Assembly: GCF_009914755.1 (NCBI RefSeq)
Contig: NC_060929.1
Direction: 5' to 3' (one strand)
DNA length: 64,000 nt
Source of the DNA: the human T2T-CHM13v2.0 reference genome, Homo sapiens
Position 1 is the first letter of the stretch. Every line of letters starts with the position of its first letter. This document shows, one piece after another, positions 56,043 through 64,000 of the stretch. The notes beneath the pieces were generated by a model. It was not told the DNA's origin, ran no database searches, and worked only from the letters and a program-made list of their open reading frames with translations. Made by a program: the position numbers and the translations under genes.

Positions 56043-57107
56043 TAGTCTGGGTTCTCCAGAGAAACAGAACCAATAGAATGTTTACATATATCTAAATGTC
56101 CATATAGATACACATGTACTATATATGATAGATAGATAGATATGATAGAGTAGATAGATGATAGACAGACAGATAGATAGATACAGTAGATGATGATAGA
56201 TAGATAGATATAGATAGATGATAGGTAGATAGAAATGACAGATACAGATGACAGAGATAGATGATGATAGATAAATATAGATGATTGATAGATAGTAGAT
56301 AGATGATAGATAGATAGATAGATAGAGTAGATAGATGATAGGTACATAGATAGATACAGTAGATAGATGATAGAGATGATAGATATAGATGATAGACAGA
56401 TATAGATAGGTGATGATAGATAGATAGATACATAGATAGATAGATAGAGATGATAGATAGATAGTAGATAGAGATAGATGATAGATATAGAGATGATAGA
56501 TATATAGATACAGTAGATAGATGATAGCTAGAGATGATAGATATAGATAGGTGATGATAGATAGATATGATAGAGTAGATAGATGATAGACAGATAGATA
56601 GATACAGTAGATAGATGATAGATGAGATGATGATAGATATAGATGATTGATAGATAGTAGATAGATGATAGAGTAGATAGATGATAGATACATAGATAGA
56701 TACAGTAGATAGATGATAGAGATGATAGATATAGATAGGTGATGATAGATAGAGATGATAGATATAGATGATAGATAGGTAGATATAGATGATAGAGAGA
56801 TGATAGATACATAGATAGATACAGTAGATAGATGATAGAGATGATAGATATAGATAGGTGATGATAGATAGATACAGTAGATAGATGATAGATAGATAGA
56901 TATGATAGGTAGAGATGATAGAGATGATAGATAGATACAGATAGATAATGATAGATAGATAAATATAGATGATAGATAGTAGATAGATGATAGATAGATA
57001 GAGTAGATAGATGATAGATACATAGATAGATACAGTAGATAGATGATAGATATAGATGATAGATAAAGATGATAGATAGATATATATAGGTGATGATAGA
57101 TATAGAT

Positions 57108-57144
<37 letters not shown>

Positions 57145-57633
57145 TAGATAGAGATAGATGATAGAGTAGAGAGATGATAGATACATAGATAGATACAGTA
57201 GATAGATGATAGAAATGATAGATAGATATAGATAGGTGATGATAGATGGATAGATAGATAGATAGATAGATAGATAGAGATTTACTTTAAAGATCTGGCT
57301 TGTGCAATTTCAGAGCGTGGCAAGTAAAATCTGCAGGGTGGGCCTGGCAGGCTGGAGACCCAGGGAGGAGTGAATGTTGCGGTTTGAGTCAGAAGGCCAT
57401 CTGCTGCAGAACTCGTTCTTGCTGAGGGAGGTCAGGCTTTCTGTTCAATTCAGGTCTTCAGCCGAGTGGATGAGGCCACCCACTATCAGAAGGTCAATCT
57501 ACTTTACTTAAAGTCCATCCATGTAAATGTTAATCTTGCCCAAAAACACCCCCACAGAGACATCCAGAATAATGTTTCACCAAACATCTGGGCACTATGG
57601 CCTAGCCAAGTGGATACATAGAATTAACCATCA
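56043..57633 (-). mobile_element. ERVL solo LTR (MLT2B-like) with an expanded internal simple repeat
   Basis: tagtctgggttctccagagaaacagaaccaatag at the left; ggcaggctggagacccaggg...aaatgttaatct...cctagccaagtggatacatagaattaaccatca at the right. Confidence 0.9.
56126..57279. repeat. Complex (GATA/TAGA)n repeat, about 1.15 kb
   Basis: GATA units mixed with GAT, GATACA and GTAGATA variants. Confidence 0.98.
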
Positions 57634-57932
57634 GGTGAGGTGAGCACACCAAGCAGGCAGTGGCCCCAGCTGTAACTCAGGAGGTCCAGCCTTAGGCCCA
57701 CGCCCTACTGCCCTCCTTGGTGTCCTCTCAAACCATTGCCTGTAATAGATGACTTCAAGAGGCGCATGGATGGACTGTCTATGAAATGGTAGTAGGTATG
57801 TATCCACTCAGGAAAACAATATATCTAGCACGTCGACCCCATGAATTTTTGGACGTTATTTCATAGGAAGAGATCAAAGTCAACAAGTGAATCTATTTTA
57901 GGATTTTAAAACATGATATTAAGTGAATATTA

Positions 57933-58012
57933 TTAGGTTGAACCATGTGATATTGTCATTTTTGTAGGCAAAAATGGTCAAATAGCAGCAGTTTTCTATG
58001 GCTCAAACCTAT
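57933..58012. mobile_element. MADE2-like mariner MITE
   Basis: 80-nt near-palindrome ttaggttgaaccatgtga...ttctatggctcaaaccta. Confidence 0.8.
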
Positions 58013-58664
58013 TGGAAGTTCCGTTTTTCATCGCACTGCCTCCTCTCTAATGTAGCAGAAATGGTTCACAGACTGTCTGTTTTCACCTTCATGTGGCTGC
58101 AAAGGGTCTGCTCACCAGAAAGTTCAGATCCAACATCCCTGGCTACTGCACACTTGCCAACATATGGGTCCGGGGATGGAAGGTTGCTCCCATGCAGATG
58201 CACGTAGGCCAGCCATGCATGGTGACATGGTATCCTGTGATCAGCCATCTTAAACAGCAGAGAGGCCTCAGGCTTGGGAAGGGGGCACATCAAGACCTAG
58301 CTAGTGTTTGCTAGCTTATTAGCTGTGTGACCTTGCTTGAGTGGCTTAACCTATCTGCATCCCCTTTCTCTCCATAAGTACAAAGGGAATTGGGGGCCCA
58401 GAAAAATAATTGTCTGTCTCATGTACTTCTAGACAATGAAAACCACATAATCTGTTTCTCTCTGGCCTGGCCATTAGGAAACTCAGAGCTATACTCCAGG
58501 TTTAATTTTCATAGTTTCCACAACTCCTCATACAGCTGGGTGCTGCCTTATCTGTCTCCACACTATATTGTGAAGTGTTTAAGGACATACATCATCACAG
58601 AGGTGGCACATGATTCCCCAGGCCCTGACCCAGAGCAGGTGCTCAGCAAGTGTGTGCTGATTCA

Positions 58665-58890
58665 GCAATAATACCCGTATTCTAAGCCAGGCACTGTGCT
58701 TCTTGCCTTGGCCCAGTTAACCCTCACAACCATGAGCCTATGGGATAGTCACTGCTATTTGTCCCACTTTGCAGATGGGAACACAGAGACCAAATACTGT
58801 TCCCAAAGTCCAAGAACTCTTAATAGTAAGTGGTAGTGCTAAGATCGGAGCCTAAGCATTCTGGCTCCAGAGGCCCCTGCTTAACTACAC
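58665..58890 (-). mobile_element. MIR SINE
   Basis: gccaggcactgtgct...ccctcacaac...ttgcagatgggaacacagag...ctggctccagag. Confidence 0.75.
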
Positions 58891-59429
58891 TGCAGGAGAA
58901 GCAGGTGAAGGAGAGAGCGACTATCTTCTCTAGGCCTCGTGGTGTAACTTCTCTCCTCTCCTCCCATTCTTTTTTATCTTTTGCCCTGCATTGCTGGGTC
59001 TTAGTCTCTGTCACTCTAAGGCTCTTACTGTTGGAGCCATAAACACCTTACAGAAGCTGATGGAGCCATAGTAATAATCACGGGAACTGATCCCCTACAG
59101 GCTTTGCTCACTCATCCCTGCCAGACCCTGTGTCCAGCCCCTTTTCACTTAGAACCCCTCACAGCTGCACAGGGGAGGGCATGGTAGTCCCATTTCACCT
59201 AGGAGGAAACTGACACTCAGACAGCTGGAGTTGCCTGGTTAAGGTCACTCAGCTGGGATTGAACCCAGGTCTGGGTGACCCCACAGTCAAACAAACAAAA
59301 GGCAAAGATTTTTGTGGATTTTCTTCAACAACGAAGTAAAGCAGGAAAAGACCTGGACTTCTCCCCCCTCTGGCCTCAGCTTCTCCGTATATAACACAGA
59401 GCATTAAGCCCATTAAGTTCAGTTGTCTC

Positions 59430-59625
59430 ATTCAAATTCCAGCACTGCTGGCTGTGTTACCTCGGGCATGTTACTTAACCTCTCTGAGCTGCAGTTTCCT
59501 CATCTGTAAAATGGGAATGAGGATAGTAACTGTCTCTACTTCGTAGGGTTGTAAAGTTAAGTGAGATTAAAGCAATGTAAAGCATTCAGCCCAGAGCCTG
59601 GCATATGGTAGGCAGTGGGGAATTT
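59430..59625 (+). mobile_element. MIR SINE
   Basis: gttacttaacctctctgagctgcagtttcctcatctgtaaaatggg...cctggcatatggtagg. Confidence 0.92.
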
Positions 59626-60679
59626 GGGATATTCTTATGAAAATGAAAGTTTTGAGATCTTTTCCAGCCAGGTTGAGATCTTTTCCAGCCAGGACCTCGT
59701 ATAGCCTAAACACAGGCCTGAGCCCTGGCCCCTGTTCCCTGCAGCCTTGGGGCAGAAGCCCAGCTGGGGTGAATACTCCCCCATCCTCATTGCCCCTGTA
59801 TGGGGGCACTGGTGGGAGAGGCAACTGCCTTGCCCTGTGCATGAGCCTGGCAATGACCCAGGAGGTGTTTCCTGGGCATGAGGTAATGGAAGGCTGGAGC
59901 CTGCCCATCATCACTCGGGCAGGGCAAAACAAGAGTGACAATGCACCAGGGCTTCCCACGGCCAAGACAGGCACAGGCCAGCCCAGGTTCCAGCAGGAGG
60001 AAGCCTGAAGCTGCAGCATGCACACTGTCTTTGTGTCTTAAAAGGAGATGACCAGCAGGCAGCAGATTAGTCTTGCAGTGAACCAGCCTCCTGCTGGGGG
60101 ACCTGGGCTGGACTCAAACAACTGAAGAGACCCCATAAGCAAATGCCTGACTCAGGAGTGGCCCATCCCCATTCCTAGCCTGGAAAAGAGAGATACAAAC
60201 AGAATCAAGTCAGAATAAATGTGTGGAGTGAGTCTGGGCTTTCTCCTCTGTCAAACTGGCCAGGTGTCTGACTCCATGCCTGGCCCTTAAGGTTCAAGAG
60301 GCAAGAGAACCTGACCCTGAACTAGCAGGTGTTCAGGCATGGAGGTGAGACAGGCTTTGGAAAGTTCAGTGGTGCCCTTTATGATGATTGGGGCAACAAA
60401 GGGGAGGAAAATCAGAGAGGGCTCCTCAGAGGAAATGACCTCCAAGCTGGGTCTTGAAGGGTGAGTAGGCTGTCGAGGCAGTCGTCACAAAGAGGGTGTT
60501 CTAGGCAGACGGTACTGTATAAGCCAAGGCAGGGAGGCAGGAAATAGTAGCAAGCACTCCAGGATCTACAGGTGCTAGCTGTGAAACATACGAGTAGGTA
60601 AGAGAAGGACAATGAGGCTCGTGAGGTTGTCAGTGGCCACAGATTTGTCACTTGTTGGAAGCTTCTTGGGGAACACAGA

Positions 60680-60812
60680 CATCATCTCATTTCCTGTGCC
60701 CTCTTTACAGACGAGGGAACTGAGGCTCAGGAAGGTAAAGCAGTTTCTTTCTCCAAGGTCAACTAATAGTAGGGCATCTGAGACTGGAACCCAAGTCTAC
60801 CTGCCCTCCAGC
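60680..60812 (-). mobile_element. MIR SINE fragment
   Basis: tttacagacgagggaactgaggctcag...ccaaggtca. Confidence 0.8.
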
Positions 60813-60815
60813 TGA

Positions 60816-61075
<260 letters not shown>

Positions 61076-61349
61076 AAGCTGAAGGTCTTGACTGCTTACT
61101 CCATCACCTCTTACCACCCTGGGACCCTCAAAAGCCATGGTAAGGAGCTTGGATTTTACCTGAGAGTAATGGAGATCTAGAGAGGATTTAAGCAGAAGGA
61201 AAAGGCGGCCACATTTGCAATTAGCAGCCTCACCCTGGGGCAGAGCAGAGAATGGACAAGAAGGATCCAGAGTAGAGTAGGTCAGAAAATCAGGCGAGCC
61301 CAGTGAGCACCAGCCCTGGTGTCAAGCCCTGCCCCAAGGACCTCAGCCC

Positions 61350-61725
61350 CAACAACCTGGCCCCTGCTTCTCTTTCCAGCTCCTTTACTCCCCGGCTTCA
61401 GCCATGTGAAAATCATTCAGCTCCCCTCTGCTGTGGGGCTTCTGTCGTCTTTTCAAATCTGCTATTCCCTCTGCTCGAGCCTTCTCTCTGTTGCTGCTCA
61501 CCTGACTAATGTCCACTCCACCCCCAGGTTCCAGCTTGAAGATCATTTCCTTCAGAAGCCTTCCTTGACCACAGGGCCTGATATCTGAGTTCTGTGACCC
61601 CAGTCACCCTACTTCTCCCCTGGAACATCATTCATTGTTTTCTCCTTTGAGAAAGGGAGGGCACTTGCCCTCGCCCACCCTGGCCCCTCAGTGCCCAGCA
61701 CAGGGAGCAGTTCCTGGACATCCAG
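61350..61725 (+). mobile_element. L2 LINE fragment
   Basis: cctggcccctgct...tgctattccctctgct...catttccttcagaagccttccttgacc...cagtgcccagcacag. Confidence 0.7.
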
Positions 61726-62150
61726 CCAAATGAGGTCTCTGAGGTGGCAAGGCTTCCTCAGATGACATTCAGTGTTGTGTGCCTCCCTCAAACACTGGAC
61801 TGCCCACCCCTGCCCTCATTGACAGTGACTCCCCAGTCATACAGACATTGTCTCATGAGCCAGGCCCTGGCCACAGTTTTAAGGGAAATTTTTAATCCCG
61901 AGGCCCAGGCAATTAATAATGTCATCGTGAGACTTGGACAACAGTGGTCAGTTTAAGGGTGTTCTACTCTGAGAAGACTGCCAGGCCCACTCTCACCCTG
62001 TTCGGCCTCTGTCAAACTGGGTCAAGGTCCCTTCTTGGGTTCCACCAGCACTGAGCCATCTCTTGGGGTTTGCATGCCTGTCTGTCCCACCAGGTTTGTC
62101 CTATTGAGCCCCATTTCTGAAGCCCAGCACATGGATGAAGCCTGGAACAT

Positions 62151-62417
62151 GGCCAGATGGATAAATGGATGGATGGGAGGGTGGATGGATAGATGGATGG
62201 GTGGGTGGGTGGATGGGTGGGTGGATGGATGGTGGATGAGTGGATGAGTGTGTGGATGGATGGATGGATGGAAGGGTAGATGGATGGATGGATGGATGGA
62301 TGATGGGTGGATGGGTGGATGAGTGGGCAGATGGATGGATGGTGGATGGATGGATGGGTGGATGGCTGGGTGGATGGATGGATGGATGGATGGATGGACG
62401 GATAGATGGATGGATGA
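62151..62417. repeat. (TGGA/GGAT)n with GGGT variants
   Basis: About 265-nt imperfect tetranucleotide repeat. Confidence 0.97.
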
Positions 62418-62934
62418 GTTGCCTAATAAGCATGGGCCATCATAACGAACAGCTCAAACTGAATGATGTCCAAGGTTTACTGTGGACATGGAGGCTGCCC
62501 TGCTCAGCTTGGATGGACTGGAGGGGCCCACATAAGAGCCATCTCTACCTCTGATCAGGACAAGGATGAGCAATGCCTATGGATGACAGAGACTCACTTG
62601 ACAAAAATGAGATGCCCTCCCTTCTAGGGCATCCCTTGCTCCTGTAGACTGGTTGCTTCCATTCTTGATTCCCATCTGGGTGGGCCATACAGTGTCAGCC
62701 CACATCAGCCTGCTGTGGGCATCTTCTAGCCCAGACAGATGGGCACAGGACTGGCCCCCTATCTCGGAGAGACCCACAGACTTGCCTTCCTTCATCTTAG
62801 GAGGTGGAGGGAACAGGAGATGCCAGATGATACCTATTCCTAGAAATATTGGGACAACCACTGCTTGGAATGGAGAAGGTGGGCCCTAAGGCACAGCCAG
62901 ATTTTTCTGTGTTAGCAAGGAGATGGGGAATTAA

Positions 62935-63150
62935 AATCTGTTAACACCTCCCATGTGCCAAGCACTTTACACACTTTGTCTCTAAGCTATACACCAGCTT
63001 TATAGATGGTTACTTACATACACACACATGCACAGACACACACCGATTTTACAGATGTGAAAACTGAGGCTCAGAGAGAGGTAGAGTGGCAGGTCCAAGA
63101 TAACACATTGAATTAGTGGTGGAGCTAGGGTTTGATCCAGGTTCCATGTG
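62935..63150 (-). mobile_element. MIR SINE
   Basis: atgtgccaagcactttacac...ttttacagatgtgaaaactgaggctcagagagag. Confidence 0.85.
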
Positions 63151-64000
63151 GCCCCACAGTGTTTTCAGGGACCCTTCAGCTAGCAAGAACCTCTACCTCG
63201 AGTGTCCTGTACCCTCTTCTGTCACAGAGACAGGAGTTCCTGGCCTCCTCCCTCTTCTCTTGCTGAGGCTGCCCAGTTCTCGCTGCTGCTGCCAAGTGCT
63301 GAGACCTGATTTGAATTTGGGGTTCTCTCCACTGCAGCCCAACAAAGGTTTTTATTGGAATGCCCCTTAGATTTCCAGATTTTGAAGATGTTTCAACAAT
63401 GCAGTAAAAGGCAGGTCTTTGCCACAACAAAAGGCAGAAATATCACCAAGAAGTAAACAGAATTCCTTGGCCACTTCAGAGCATGTGTCAACATCTCTTT
63501 CCCCTCCTCTCCCCCTGCCCCTTTTCTTGTCTTTTCTTTCTTTACTTTTCTCTTCTCTTCCTTTCTTGTCTGCAGATTCAGATCTTGTCGGTAAAGGTAG
63601 CTTGCTGACACGAATGGGCTGAGCCGTGGTTTGCCCTAAACTCAGCAGCTCTGTCTCAGAACAGATGCCGGGGCTTTGGTAAACTGAGAAAGCATAAACT
63701 GCTGCGAGACGCTTTCCTGATGACCACAATTACCCACATGGAAAAGCCATTCTGCAGCTCCAGTCCCTCGCCCTACCCCCTGGCACACACATGTAGTGGC
63801 CTCAGCTTCAGAAACAGGGCTTCCCAGAGCAAAAATATATGTGACGTGTACAAAACGGCTTGCTTTCAACCCATGGATGGAAATTGAATGCATTTGGAAA
63901 GTCCATGCTTAAAAACAATCTTGGTAGAAAGCGTGCCTGTTGACAATGGTGCCTCTAAGTGAGGCCTCACTCCCCAGGCAGGCTTATGAGGGGCTGAGAA

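Noticed and set aside
56042-57186. Long ORFs of 313 and 355 aa rich in Y/L/S/I
   Set aside because: Translations of the (TATC)n strand, which has few stop codons in these frames; not genes.
56126-57279. Repeat-spacer or CRISPR-like array
   Set aside because: The intervening segments are GATA variants, not unique spacers; eukaryotic context with no cas genes.
62035-62554. W/M/D/G-rich and H/P/S/I-rich ORFs
   Set aside because: Products of the (GGAT)n repeat.

Overview
This is 64 kb of primate (human-like) non-coding genomic DNA. The primate call rests on 11 near-complete Alus (J, S and Y types) plus one Alu 5' fragment and an L1PA 3' end. These sit on a dense background of older mammalian repeats: MIR, L2, L1M, MaLR/ERVL LTRs, and hAT and Tc1/mariner DNA transposons. 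I find no credible protein-coding exon, RNA gene or CRISPR array. The longest ORFs come from simple repeats or Alu/L1 sequence, and the rest match no protein family I recognise. The unique sequence contains a small CpG island (about 33.9-34.6 kb) and several repeat-free blocks rich in homeodomain, TALE, FOX or MAF motifs, which fits a gene desert or large intron with distal enhancers. I cannot name the locus. The oddest structures are a 37-nt Alu head followed by templated direct and inverted copies of its flank (54.4 kb), a 1.15-kb GATA expansion with higher-order cassettes inside an MLT2 LTR, five MER102-like copies, and several short duplications. Repeat subfamilies were assigned by eye from remembered consensus sequences, and boundaries of old repeats are approximate. 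The sequence does not support a novel biological system.
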